The notes under the pieces were generated by a model that did no database searches, was not told the DNA's origin, and saw nothing but the letters and a program-made list of their open reading frames with translations. 64,000 nt of DNA from an uncultured Methanosarcinales archaeon (GTDB lineage: Archaea; Nanobdellota; Nanobdellia; Woesearchaeales; GW2011-AR9), in NCBI GenBank assembly GCA_964343575.1, contig CAYFJV010000001.1, forward strand, positions 596,705 to 660,704, read 5' to 3'. This document shows positions 37,643 to 47,646 of the stretch, in pieces. How positions within the stretch are numbered: position 1 is the first letter of the stretch; every line of letters starts with the position of its first letter. Both the position numbers and the translations under genes were made by a program.

Positions 37643-39674
37643 ACCCTTGATGATTCTCTCGCAAGTCAATGAAGGGGTTAGGCAAACAGCGATCACCATA
37701 GATTATTCTAGTGTTAATTATGGGAAGCTTGAAAGTATTTACAAGACGGAGCAGATGGTCTTTCAAGCAGTCAACATCATCAGCACCTTTGCCATATCAA
37801 AAGGATATGAATACATTGTGAGTGAGAATACTGATGAACAGTTAGAAATGCGTGATCAGATATCTTCGTTTGATGCAAAAGTTGGGCTTTCTAAATTATT
37901 GACTGATGTTGTTCGTCACTTACACATTTACGGCAATGCGTATCTTGAGATTGTGTATTCTAAAACTGACCAGAAGAAAGTTGTCGGATTAGTGTTAATT
38001 GACCCTAAGACAATTATGTTTAAGAAAAAGTCTACTGGTGAAATTGATTTTGATGAAAGCGGAAGCATAAAAGGCTACGTGCAAACAGTTAATGCCAAGA
38101 AAGTGGATTTAAATCCTGAACAAATCATACATTTTAGAATAAATACGATTGCTGATTCTTTAACTGGCACTGGCATTATTGAACCGTTAGTGAAAGTTAT
38201 CGAGGCAAAACGTAATATTGAGTTAGGTTTAGCTGAAGCAGTGTATCGTCATGGGTTTCCACAATTTCATGTTAAGCTGGGTGATGTTGATCATCAACCA
38301 ACAGCTGATCAAGTAACTGAAGAGAGTGAGAAATACAAGCGCATTAATTCAAAATCAGAATTTGTCACACCATACTATTATGACATCAAAGTTTTAGAAG
38401 CTCCATCATTAAAAGGCGGCGAGAATTACTTGAAATATTTCATTGATCAGATCGTGTCTGGTACTGGCGTTCCCCAATCCATTCTGTTAGGTTCTGGTGA
38501 AGGAAGTAACAGAGCAACATCTTTTACTCAACAGCAGAATTTCTTTTTGTATATTGGTGGCGTGCAGATGCTACTTGCTGAAACATTGCAGAAGTGTTTG
38601 TTTACTAAAGTGCTTGGTGTTGAGGAAAGCCCTGTGTCTATGATGTTTAATTCTTTGCAAACCAAAACTGACCTTGAGTTAGCGGAAGAAAGGGAAATCT
38701 ATCTGCAAAACGGTGTTTTGACTCCTGATGAGGTCAGGCAAGAGATGGGATTGGAACCTATTTCTCCACCCCCAACGGATGAGTCCATCTCTGGTTCATC
38801 AGGAGCTTTTCTTTTTTCAGAAAAAGAATTCCTCAATGATGCAGAATTAATGCTTGATGCGGATGAAGATTTTCAAGCAAGGGAGTATTCTTTGAAAGAA
38901 GAAGAGTTTGGAGGTGTACTGAAGGAATTGAGCAGACCAATACGTTCACGCTTTATACGAGACCAACAAATTCTCACTCACAGATTGAATAAAATTATGA
39001 ATAGGTCTATGACTAAGGTATTGAAAGAGATTGATGACAAGCTTAGTGATGAACAAACACTTGCAGCTGAAGACATACTTGTTGACGCTGAACTTCTTGC
39101 TCCTGAACGAGATGCTCTTGTGGCAGCAGTCTTTATCGACTCTAAGAAAAAGTTTAAACAAGGCATCAAACTTGGAGAGGATTTCATAAAGAAGAAACAT
39201 CCAGTGGTTGCAGGAATTAAAGTAAAAAGCACTGTAAATGAACAAGCAGTCAGAGCTCTTGACTTACGATCATCTCAACTGGCTAAATCCTTACACGATG
39301 ATTTATTGAGTGCAACACAAACAGCCATACGTGAAGGATTGCAAGCACGAAAAGGAGCAAAGCAACTCAAAGAAGACATCGAGAAAGTCTTTGAAAAGTT
39401 TGGAGGAACTTCTGGACGATTTAACAGAGTAGGCACACGAGCCGAACTCATAGCAAGAACAGAACTGCACCGAGCATTTATTGAAGGCAACCTGCAAAGC
39501 TTCAAAGAACTAAAAGTTGAGAAGTTACGAATGATTATTAACGTTGGAGCGTGTGAAGAGTGTATTGATGTTGCAGCTGATAGCCAAGCAGTACCAGTGC
39601 AATTATCAGAAGGAATTATCCCAGTTCATCCACGATGCAGGTGTGGTTGGGTTGCTGCGAAGATTGGTGAATAA
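37611..39674 (+). CDS. portal protein fused to Mu gpF-like head morphogenesis domain
   Basis: YGNAY, IIHFR, GVPQSILLG, GVLTPDEVRQEMGLEP; C-term RAELIARTE...CEEC...PVHPRCRC. Confidence 0.88.
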   Translation: MSKEKSPPESKPLMILSQVNEGVRQTAITIDYSSVNYGKLESIYKTEQMVFQAVNIISTFAISKGYEYIVSENTDEQLEMRDQISSFDAKVGLSKLLTDVVRHLHIYGNAYLEIVYSKTDQKKVVGLVLIDPKTIMFKKKSTGEIDFDESGSIKGYVQTVNAKKVDLNPEQIIHFRINTIADSLTGTGIIEPLVKVIEAKRNIELGLAEAVYRHGFPQFHVKLGDVDHQPTADQVTEESEKYKRINSKSEFVTPYYYDIKVLEAPSLKGGENYLKYFIDQIVSGTGVPQSILLGSGEGSNRATSFTQQQNFFLYIGGVQMLLAETLQKCLFTKVLGVEESPVSMMFNSLQTKTDLELAEEREIYLQNGVLTPDEVRQEMGLEPISPPPTDESISGSSGAFLFSEKEFLNDAELMLDADEDFQAREYSLKEEEFGGVLKELSRPIRSRFIRDQQILTHRLNKIMNRSMTKVLKEIDDKLSDEQTLAAEDILVDAELLAPERDALVAAVFIDSKKKFKQGIKLGEDFIKKKHPVVAGIKVKSTVNEQAVRALDLRSSQLAKSLHDDLLSATQTAIREGLQARKGAKQLKEDIEKVFEKFGGTSGRFNRVGTRAELIARTELHRAFIEGNLQSFKELKVEKLRMIINVGACEECIDVAADSQAVPVQLSEGIIPVHPRCRCGWVAAKIGE

Positions 39675-39761
39675 GTCAAGAATAAATATTCACTTGACAG
39701 TAGCAACTAAATAGAAAGCTTTATAAGTGACTTCCTCTTTTTCTTAGTAAATCCTTTATAA

Positions 39762-40496
39762 ATGAAGGGCTCATTTGTAGGTTCAAAAATGGAAAATAAA
39801 GCTGCTGAAGGGTATTATCAGGAATTAGCAAGGGCATATGATCACGAATTTCAGGCTTGGGTTCCTCAAGCACAGGACATGGTCAATACTTTGGTCAATC
39901 TCGTTAGGTTAAAGAATCCTGACAGTATGCTTGATATTGGACCTGGTACATCATACATTGAAAGGAGACTGATGGAAGAACTCCCGAATATGCATCTTGA
40001 TCTGGTTGAAGCTTCTGAGCCAATGTTCCAAAGAACAAAACAAGTTATGCAACCATACGGAGACCGAGTAAGAGTATTTCCAGTTGAATTAAAGGACTAT
40101 GAACCAGATACCACCTATGATGCAGTTTTTACAAATCTCGTATTGCACAATATTGGAAAGCACACAGAAGGTAAGCAAACCAGAGATAAAAAGAAAATTG
40201 AACAATTAGAGAGAATTCATAGTTGGCTAAATACTGGCAGTGTATTGATTTGGGGTGACTTAATCAAATATGAGGATCCTCAACTTATGGATTACTTGTA
40301 TGATTTTAGAGTTTCTATTGCACGGGAGAGAGGCACGAGAGAAGAATTTGTCGCTGAGAATGTTAAGAAAGAGCGTACTCAAGATAATCCTTGGACAATT
40401 GAAGAAACATTAGATAACGCAAGATTAGCGGGGTTTAGTAGCGCACATAATGTTTGGACTCACGATACATTTGGTATCTTTTATCTGAGGAAGTAG
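39762..40496 (+). CDS. class I SAM-dependent methyltransferase (cargo)
   Basis: MLDIGPGT, VEASEPM, YDAVFTNLVLHNI. Confidence 0.85.
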   Translation: MKGSFVGSKMENKAAEGYYQELARAYDHEFQAWVPQAQDMVNTLVNLVRLKNPDSMLDIGPGTSYIERRLMEELPNMHLDLVEASEPMFQRTKQVMQPYGDRVRVFPVELKDYEPDTTYDAVFTNLVLHNIGKHTEGKQTRDKKKIEQLERIHSWLNTGSVLIWGDLIKYEDPQLMDYLYDFRVSIARERGTREEFVAENVKKERTQDNPWTIEETLDNARLAGFSSAHNVWTHDTFGIFYLRK

Positions 40497-40497
40497 A

Positions 40498-41427
40498 ATG
40501 GTTGAAGAAAAACTAAGCATTTCAGAGGTCGGAGAAATCGCAAGAGAAGTAACGAAAGGTTACGACCCTCTAGATGAACCTTGCTTAGAAGACATTACAT
40601 GGGCATTTCCTATTGGTGAAAGAGATGGGTGTTATCTGGTTGATAAAGGATATATGCAGAGAATTCCAAATACCCAAGAATATGCTGCTATGATGCAACT
40701 TATGTTATTCAGGAATTTTCACAATGTTTTAACATATTTAACAGAAGAAAGAACAGTCGGTAGAGGCATTATTCCACATCATACCTGCGCATTTCAAGAT
40801 GCGGACGATATGTGTCATGTAGAAGGACGGTACTGGCGTAAGCTTCCCGATGAAGTCAAGAAAGCAAAAGTTCCGCATGTGTTAGATGTAGAACGAAGAA
40901 AAGGCCCTAGAGAAAAAGTTTATTTTTGGGAGAATCTTCCTGAAGAACTTGCAAGAATAGTATTAAGAACCCATGGTATTGGTCTGTATGGATTAGTGGA
41001 CGAGTGGGGCTTTGGATGTGGTGAAGGAGCACGTAAATACAAGAACCCTGCATTAGTAAAAGAATATTTAGAAAACATGAGATCTGCCGTTGAACTTGGG
41101 CGAAACTACTTGTCTCATATCGCCCAAAACAAAGCACAAGCAGCGCGGTATCCTCAATTAGTTTTGGATAATAACGTACAACAGTGGAAGAAAGGAGATG
41201 AGTTCCAACTTGCTTACTTCAAGAGAAGCGGAGGAATTGATTTTCGATCAGGAAGGGTAACTTCTAATGATGGGCGGTCCATTGAAATGGAATTTTACAT
41301 GCCTATTTGGGCAGATACTCGTACATTTGAACCTTGGAGAGAAACACACCCCGTAAGTGTGTTCAAAGAGGACTTTTTAAGAGAATCATTATGGAAAATA
41401 GTCCCTCCAACAGGTGAGGAAAAATGA
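40498..41427 (+). CDS. cargo hypothetical protein
   Basis: 309-aa ORF in coupled operon. Confidence 0.7.
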   Translation: MVEEKLSISEVGEIAREVTKGYDPLDEPCLEDITWAFPIGERDGCYLVDKGYMQRIPNTQEYAAMMQLMLFRNFHNVLTYLTEERTVGRGIIPHHTCAFQDADDMCHVEGRYWRKLPDEVKKAKVPHVLDVERRKGPREKVYFWENLPEELARIVLRTHGIGLYGLVDEWGFGCGEGARKYKNPALVKEYLENMRSAVELGRNYLSHIAQNKAQAARYPQLVLDNNVQQWKKGDEFQLAYFKRSGGIDFRSGRVTSNDGRSIEMEFYMPIWADTRTFEPWRETHPVSVFKEDFLRESLWKIVPPTGEEK

Positions 41428-42242
41428 CTGAAGAACAAAAGAATCAAAAAAATCTTTCAGCAAGATTATGTGAAGAACGTAATCTGCCACCATTAAGCTA
41501 TGGTATAAAGGATGAACGTACAATGTATTGCAATGAATCACCTGGAGAACGAAGAGTAAGGGAGGCAAGAGAAGAACGAGAACGTTTAGAACGCAAAATT
41601 ACTCCAGAACTTTTATCTATTTTTGATGAGAATGACGCTTTTGCGTTAGTCCAGTATTTCAATCGTACTCCGTCAATTACCACATGCCAAATAGATGGGA
41701 AATATGACTTAAATAGATTGAGCGATCCTGTGAAAGAATTTCTTACGAAAGAACTACATGACAAGAGAATAATTGAACTAGGAAATAAAGGGTGGAAATC
41801 AGCATCAAGCATGGACGAACTGTTTGGAAGTAGTATAAGATTAAACCCAAAAGGTGAGATTGCGTTCCAAGTACTTCGTTTCGGAGCAAGAAGTTATGAA
41901 GGATGTGATCCAAAGTACAATGAAGACGGCCTTAGCTATCTGATGCGACAAGCAGACGAATCGGCAATTGTATGTAGTTTCGGTGTTTTAGAAGATGGTG
42001 TGCTCTATGGACCGCCAAGTATGAGCAACTTAAGAAGATACAGTGCAGAATTAGCAAAACAAATCTATCGTGTCACGCCAAAAGGAGCGATCACATTCCA
42101 CGGATTAGAATACACACGTGACTTAGAAGAAGCAGGATTCACTTTTGATGATATTGCTCCAGGAGAATTACGGCAAACTCACACTCAAAATCAGATGTCT
42201 TTTGGTAGATTGGTGGTCATGCGGAGAAAAGAAAATGACTGA
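41424..42242 (+). CDS. cargo hypothetical protein (possible degenerate MTase fold)
   Basis: 272 aa; KRIIELG, YEGCDP, IYRVTPKGAITFH. Confidence 0.65.
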   Translation: MTEEQKNQKNLSARLCEERNLPPLSYGIKDERTMYCNESPGERRVREAREERERLERKITPELLSIFDENDAFALVQYFNRTPSITTCQIDGKYDLNRLSDPVKEFLTKELHDKRIIELGNKGWKSASSMDELFGSSIRLNPKGEIAFQVLRFGARSYEGCDPKYNEDGLSYLMRQADESAIVCSFGVLEDGVLYGPPSMSNLRRYSAELAKQIYRVTPKGAITFHGLEYTRDLEEAGFTFDDIAPGELRQTHTQNQMSFGRLVVMRRKEND

Positions 42243-42810
42243 GACAAAACATATCACATCAAAAGAGAGCATTTGGAGCTTCATAAAAAAACAGCATGAA
42301 AACTTCGAACAATCTAGAAAGCAATATGAAGAAATGATCGCAACTGCAGAAGACCTTGTAAAAAATAAAAAACAGTATAATGTTAATTTATACAATAAAT
42401 CAAAAAGAAAACTTGCATTTCATGATCATCTAAATGAAGCATTAAAATTCAAAGAATTAAATCTTCAGTTTGAGAACGAATATCGAGAACTCATTCAAGA
42501 GTTTATCTGGAATAATATCCGCCACATTGACGATATTGAAACAATGCACTGGGATGATGTACCTAAAGCATTCAGAACAGCTATAAAGGAAATCGACAAA
42601 CATAAAGAATTTCAAATCGTAACATATCCATTTATAGATATTTTCAAATATTATCTTAAGTATACCACCGGTGCCGAAACTGATAAAATAAAAAGTGAAC
42701 AGGTTATGAAAGCATATGAAAAATTGACAAAGCTGAAAAGTTTCAGAGAGATAAAAGTACATGTTTCTGAATCTGAAGAGAAATTAAAAGTGGGAGGTAC
42801 AGAAAAATGA
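42235..42810 (+). CDS. cargo hypothetical protein
   Basis: ATG 42235 overlaps previous stop; AT-rich. Confidence 0.65.
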   Translation: MTETKHITSKESIWSFIKKQHENFEQSRKQYEEMIATAEDLVKNKKQYNVNLYNKSKRKLAFHDHLNEALKFKELNLQFENEYRELIQEFIWNNIRHIDDIETMHWDDVPKAFRTAIKEIDKHKEFQIVTYPFIDIFKYYLKYTTGAETDKIKSEQVMKAYEKLTKLKSFREIKVHVSESEEKLKVGGTEK

Positions 42811-43616
42811 CAAGTTTTAATCTAAATCAAGGATTTTCACAGATCCCTCCTAGAGACGAGTATGTTCTTTCGTTAGCTCCTAACAAAGAAAGAATCAAGG
42901 CAATAGTTGGAGCTCTTAAACACAGAAATAATTTAGATATTATTGTTAAAAATTGGAGCAGATATCTTTCTCCATTAGAAGAATATGGCACTATAGCCAA
43001 CCTTGGTGGAAATGACGAAGTAAGATGGGCTGAAACTGCAGCCACAGGGACGAGAGGACACCCCTCACCTGTAAACTGGGTATTGAAGGAAGGAGATCAG
43101 TATTTGGCAGAGGGTTTAATTCCTGAACAGAGAGTAGGTTTATTAATTGGAGCAGATGTTTTTGGAGCTTTGGAAACTATTGTTGGTAAGGATAACCTAA
43201 CTGAGAAAATATGTGATTTCTTTTCAAGTTATGCTAGAAAAACTTTTAGCCGTCCAAAAACAGAATGCCCGTTGTCAGGATACAACTTCTTATTACCAAA
43301 GCACATTCATTCATTGAACCGCGATATTTATAATCCGCCAATTAGATTAGCAGCGTATCACCGAGATAACCCTCCAGACTCGCCAGTAATCTTTCCAGAT
43401 TCTAAATTTGTTATTCCTGGTTTAGACAGAAAAACTATACAAGTTACATCAATTAGAGAAAAACAAGATGTTGATGATGTAAGTTCTTATACGCCATTGA
43501 ACAAAGGTGAAAAACTATGTGTAGTAAATGCGATTGCTTCAGGATTTTTATTGTCTATAAAGCCTGAAATGGATGCGATGCTGAGGGAGCAATATGGAGG
43601 CAATGTGATAGAATAG
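42807..43616 (+). CDS. cargo hypothetical protein
   Basis: GGAGG SD, ATGA overlap; 269 aa. Confidence 0.7.
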   Translation: MTSFNLNQGFSQIPPRDEYVLSLAPNKERIKAIVGALKHRNNLDIIVKNWSRYLSPLEEYGTIANLGGNDEVRWAETAATGTRGHPSPVNWVLKEGDQYLAEGLIPEQRVGLLIGADVFGALETIVGKDNLTEKICDFFSSYARKTFSRPKTECPLSGYNFLLPKHIHSLNRDIYNPPIRLAAYHRDNPPDSPVIFPDSKFVIPGLDRKTIQVTSIREKQDVDDVSSYTPLNKGEKLCVVNAIASGFLLSIKPEMDAMLREQYGGNVIE

Positions 43617-43619
43617 AAA

Positions 43620-44435
43620 ATGGCACTTGATATAACTATCTTAAAAGTTTCACACTCTGGTGCTGATGAAGCAAAAAAGCTTGTTCCGTATATTCAGCAA
43701 TGTGATGTGTATGCTCCAGAAGCTGCATTTGGGACCGAGTATGGGGCAAAGTTTGCAGAGCGAGAATGGATTACCGCCCTTTCTGATGACAAGATGTACA
43801 GAAAGGCTATGCAAAACTTAGTTAGTCGCGCACAATCTTTGGAGTGTGAGTTGCTTGATCAAGCATATGCTTTGAAGGAACAAGTTATTTTATTACGTGA
43901 ACGTAAGCCAAAATGGCATGTTGAACGGTTTTCTTCAAGAATGAAAATTAGTCCTCTGACTGACAAATATAGGGGGCTTTTTGTGGCTGCTGCTCGTTCA
44001 TTCGATGCACTACGAAAAGGTGATGTAAATGCATATGTGCAGTGGATGTACGAAGCAACAAAAGCTAAAGTAGAAGTTGTTGATGAGCGTGATCGTCATA
44101 TAGCAAATCAGCTATTACAATGTGAAGAAGGCATAAGGGAGACATATCCGCATATTGAAGATGACTTGATCAAACTTACTATAAGGGTAGGAGCATTGCA
44201 TAGACCAGAATATTATCTGGAGGGACCGGTACAAGTGGTTTCTTTAACTGAGCCAGATGAAAGAGAACCTTACTCTTTAGCAATAAGAGATGGAGCTTCG
44301 CCTCAAGAAGTGAGACGACAAATTCTTATTTATGGGGTGGGAACGTTACAAAGTGAGCAAGAAGATTTAGTTTGTGATCTTGAAAGGATGAATATTGAGG
44401 AATTAGAAAAAATCATCGGGAGGCAGACTGAATGA
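43620..44435 (+). CDS. cargo hypothetical protein (possible TraB/ChaN-like H-E-R-H fold)
   Basis: KVSH, YAPE, ERDRHIA, RVGALH spacing. Confidence 0.55.
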   Translation: MALDITILKVSHSGADEAKKLVPYIQQCDVYAPEAAFGTEYGAKFAEREWITALSDDKMYRKAMQNLVSRAQSLECELLDQAYALKEQVILLRERKPKWHVERFSSRMKISPLTDKYRGLFVAAARSFDALRKGDVNAYVQWMYEATKAKVEVVDERDRHIANQLLQCEEGIRETYPHIEDDLIKLTIRVGALHRPEYYLEGPVQVVSLTEPDEREPYSLAIRDGASPQEVRRQILIYGVGTLQSEQEDLVCDLERMNIEELEKIIGRQTE

Positions 44436-45094
44436 AACTAATGGGAACAAATTACGATAGAATTCCTCAAGGTAGATTTTGTGCTCTCGATGATCCCAAA
44501 GATCAAAGAAGAGCAACTGTAAGGTGGATTATTGAATTAGGTACACAGTTAGCTGAAGAGCATCCAGAAATTGCCAGCTTCTACCGAGATACAGAAAATG
44601 TACATACTTACCTTGATATTGCTCATCAGTATATTCCTACTATTGCAGAACAATATCCTGCTGCTGCGAGCAAAGCCATAGGGCATGCAATGAGGACACT
44701 CATTCCAGAAGAAGAACAAAGAGAACTAACTGCGCTTAAAAGATCACAAACACTTGAGGATACCATCGGTGATCGAAACTCAGAAGAATGGAGACAAGCA
44801 TGCAGTGAAGCATCAAGAAGAAGACATGAACTACATGAAGTAGATACTGATGCAATGATTTTAGCACGAGGTAGAACACCTTGGACAGAGGAAGAAAAAC
44901 TATACGCTTTAGAATTGTCAATGAATACATCTTATCAACACCAAACTGGACAACATAAAGGAAGACCTCACTATGCATTGATTGCCTCTGCATTAAATAT
45001 CACATACCATAATGGCGATGAAATAAGATATATAAATAGTGTTGCAAGTTTTATTAAAGATATGAGAAGGAAGGAGAAACAAAAAAATGGTTGA
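44432..45094 (+). CDS. cargo hypothetical protein with C-terminal Myb/SANT-like helix motif
   Basis: PWTEEEK...YALIASALN...R. Confidence 0.55.
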   Translation: MKLMGTNYDRIPQGRFCALDDPKDQRRATVRWIIELGTQLAEEHPEIASFYRDTENVHTYLDIAHQYIPTIAEQYPAAASKAIGHAMRTLIPEEEQRELTALKRSQTLEDTIGDRNSEEWRQACSEASRRRHELHEVDTDAMILARGRTPWTEEEKLYALELSMNTSYQHQTGQHKGRPHYALIASALNITYHNGDEIRYINSVASFIKDMRRKEKQKNG

Positions 45095-45434
45095 AGCATA
45101 TCTTGTGCAAATAGAGAGAGCATATGGTAGCAGAAATTCAGATTTAGGTTTAACAGGAAAGTACAATTATTTCTATTTACCAAATCGTAACATAGCAATA
45201 CAACTTCGTAGCAACATATCTCTTAACTCAGCAGAAACAACAATCCAAGACTTTGGAGGGCTATCATCAGGAAGGATCATGGACGCCAATCATAGTCCTG
45301 ACTTATTGAAAGATATTCAAAGATTTGTCGATACAAAACAATTTGATAAAAGAAAGGCAAAAATGATTCAAGCAGAACGAATAGAAATAGACGCCCAATC
45401 TCTCGAAAAACTATTAAATCAACGTCGTGAATAA
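45087..45434 (+). CDS. cargo hypothetical protein
   Basis: 115-aa ORF, overlap-coupled. Confidence 0.6.
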   Translation: MVEAYLVQIERAYGSRNSDLGLTGKYNYFYLPNRNIAIQLRSNISLNSAETTIQDFGGLSSGRIMDANHSPDLLKDIQRFVDTKQFDKRKAKMIQAERIEIDAQSLEKLLNQRRE

Positions 45435-45443
45435 TACTAAAAA

Positions 45444-46175
45444 ATGGCAGATTTATCAAAAAATGAAATAAATATATCCAAGTTAAGAAGTCAGCTTATT
45501 CAAATATATGAATCCTATTTGGGAAATCCTAATGATGCTAAACTGAAACGTAAAGCAAAAGAGATACATAATGAATTTCTTAATGCACTCCCTCTCTTTG
45601 ATAAGGCTCTTCAACATGCAATAAATCTGTTGGTGGATATCGCATTTGACTTACCAAGTCCACCAAAACCTTCAAAAGAAACAGTTGAGAAACTCATAGA
45701 AGATTTACGTAATTATACTGCCGCTGTTGAATTAAGTAAATTTCTTGTTAAAGCTAAAATATCTACCTATGCAAGTCAAGGAGAACAAGATGAACAGATA
45801 CTCGATGATGAATGTAAGCAGTTAAGTTTCTCAGATGAAGATTTTACATATCGTGATAGATACTATGGGTTTAATCCATTTATCGGTGAAGAAATAGTGT
45901 GGAGAAATAAGAAGATTATTTGGGGAATGAATTACTTTGGGAAGATTGTGTCAAAAGTCATTCCCGAAAAACAAGTGTACAAGTTCCTTCAGACAGCTAT
46001 GAGGCAAGTAATGGAAGACAGACCATTTAGAGGACCTAGTAGATTTAAACAAGGTGATTTGGAATACCTTGATAAATCAGAAGGAGATATCAACCAATTT
46101 AAAGGAACTGAGAGAATATTATATCAAGGAAAAGAAATTTACAAATTAGAATATCATGGTGGATTGATGAATTAA
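45444..46175 (+). CDS. cargo protein with C-terminal DUF5680-like domain
   Basis: FLVKAKISTYA, YRDRYYG..PFIGEEIV, WGMNYFG, PFRGP, YHGG. Confidence 0.7.
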   Translation: MADLSKNEINISKLRSQLIQIYESYLGNPNDAKLKRKAKEIHNEFLNALPLFDKALQHAINLLVDIAFDLPSPPKPSKETVEKLIEDLRNYTAAVELSKFLVKAKISTYASQGEQDEQILDDECKQLSFSDEDFTYRDRYYGFNPFIGEEIVWRNKKIIWGMNYFGKIVSKVIPEKQVYKFLQTAMRQVMEDRPFRGPSRFKQGDLEYLDKSEGDINQFKGTERILYQGKEIYKLEYHGGLMN

Positions 46176-46214
46176 TCTTGAAAAACACTTATTTCTAAAG
46201 GATTCATTCTGCTA

Positions 46215-46236
46215 AAATAATATTAAGAAAGAAATA
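46215..46236 (+). promoter_or_regulatory. viral promoter-like motif copy 1
   Basis: AAATAATATTAAGAAAGAAATA starting 35 nt before ATG 46250. Confidence 0.7.
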
Positions 46237-46249
46237 CATTTCTTGATGT

Positions 46250-47164
46250 ATGACTAGCCAGCTTGTTGAAGAGATTAATAGTTTTATCAGCACTCTTGAT
46301 GAAACACCTGAAGCCTTGAATTCTAAGTATTTGATAGACCATTACATTGCCTGCAATGATACAACAGTTCAAGAGATTAATCAATTCATTGAAGCTATTC
46401 ACGATTTTGAAGACGATGAAGAGCAAGCAAAAGAAGAAGAGAAACTCGGTGAGCTTTGGGAAGAAACAGAAAACGAAATTGTTTGCTTACTTGAGGAACC
46501 TTCTTCATTTCTTGGAAACACAATCAAGAGGAGAAGTTTAGGCAATGGCATCTCCATTGTTTTAGGAGTTCTAAAAGAGAGTGTTGCTCCTCGTCTTGCG
46601 ATTCAAGGATTTCGTTTCAAAAAAGATGAACCTTACAACTGGACAATTGATAGAGCCAGGGCATGGGTTGAGGGAAGAAACGTTTCTGAAAACCAAAAGC
46701 TCAGTAAAAACTTGCAGTACGTTAAGCTCAAAGATGTTAAGATTAAGCAAGTCTTGCAGGAAGGAACTCAGCTAAGAATAGCCGGTATTGCTATTAGTGA
46801 AGGGGCATGGAATAATATTTTTTATCCTGCCAAAGAGTTAGAGCGAGCTTACAAAACACTAGAGGGTAAGCCGTTACGTATTGATCATTCGTCGAGTTCA
46901 CGTGATATTGTTGGTAAAGTCATCAAGTCAACATACAACCGTAAACAGAAGTGGATTGAGTTTGAAGCAATCGTTACTGACAAGGATATTGCGCAGAAGT
47001 TGCTTGATGGACTGATTGATTCGGTAAGTGTTGGCGTGCTTATTGACAAGGAAGAGAAAGATGGCATTGATGTTGCTCATAATTTGGAATTTAAGGAATT
47101 GAGTTTGGTAGATGATCCTGCATGTAAAGATGCAAAAGTAAATCCACTAAAGAGGAGGAGATGA
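46250..47164 (+). CDS. prohead maturation protease
   Basis: GKPLRIDH, IVGKV, DSVSVG, FKELSLVDDPAC; position before scaffold/MCP. Confidence 0.8.
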   Translation: MTSQLVEEINSFISTLDETPEALNSKYLIDHYIACNDTTVQEINQFIEAIHDFEDDEEQAKEEEKLGELWEETENEIVCLLEEPSSFLGNTIKRRSLGNGISIVLGVLKESVAPRLAIQGFRFKKDEPYNWTIDRARAWVEGRNVSENQKLSKNLQYVKLKDVKIKQVLQEGTQLRIAGIAISEGAWNNIFYPAKELERAYKTLEGKPLRIDHSSSSRDIVGKVIKSTYNRKQKWIEFEAIVTDKDIAQKLLDGLIDSVSVGVLIDKEEKDGIDVAHNLEFKELSLVDDPACKDAKVNPLKRRR

Positions 47165-47171
47165 TCGTAAA

Positions 47172-47633
47172 ATGGACGAACCAAAAGAAATGAAACAAGC
47201 AAAATCTCTTTTGAAGAAAGCCTCTGACGAACTTGCCGCTAAAAACAAAGAGATCTCGCAATTAGCAGAAGAGGTTACTGCTAAAGACAAGTTGATCTCA
47301 GATTTGACAGCCAAGCAAGAACAACTCAGTAAAGAGTTTGAGGCAGTCTCAAAAGAGTTGAAACATATTAAACAAGCAGCAAGAGACGTTGTTCTCAACA
47401 AACAAATCGAAGCTGAGGAAAAGCTTGGTATTCTTGAAGTGTCAAAAGAAGAACGACTCAAAGAATTGCAAGCTTTGGATGAAGCTGGAGGCTTTGACTT
47501 GTACGCAAAACAAACCAATAAGATGCTTGAACTGCACCAAAGTATTGGTGATAGAAAAACGCTAGTGAACAACTCCAACCAATCACTAGACAGAAAGCAG
47601 GAGATTGCACAAGCGTTGGGGATGGCATTGTAG
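47172..47633 (+). CDS. capsid scaffolding protein (coiled coil)
   Basis: heptad K/E-rich helix; position. Confidence 0.6.
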   Translation: MDEPKEMKQAKSLLKKASDELAAKNKEISQLAEEVTAKDKLISDLTAKQEQLSKEFEAVSKELKHIKQAARDVVLNKQIEAEEKLGILEVSKEERLKELQALDEAGGFDLYAKQTNKMLELHQSIGDRKTLVNNSNQSLDRKQEIAQALGMAL

Positions 47634-47646
47634 AGGTGAAACAAAA

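Noticed and set aside
39762..46175. Integron cassette array
   Set aside because: Gene junctions leave no room for attC sites and no IntI is present
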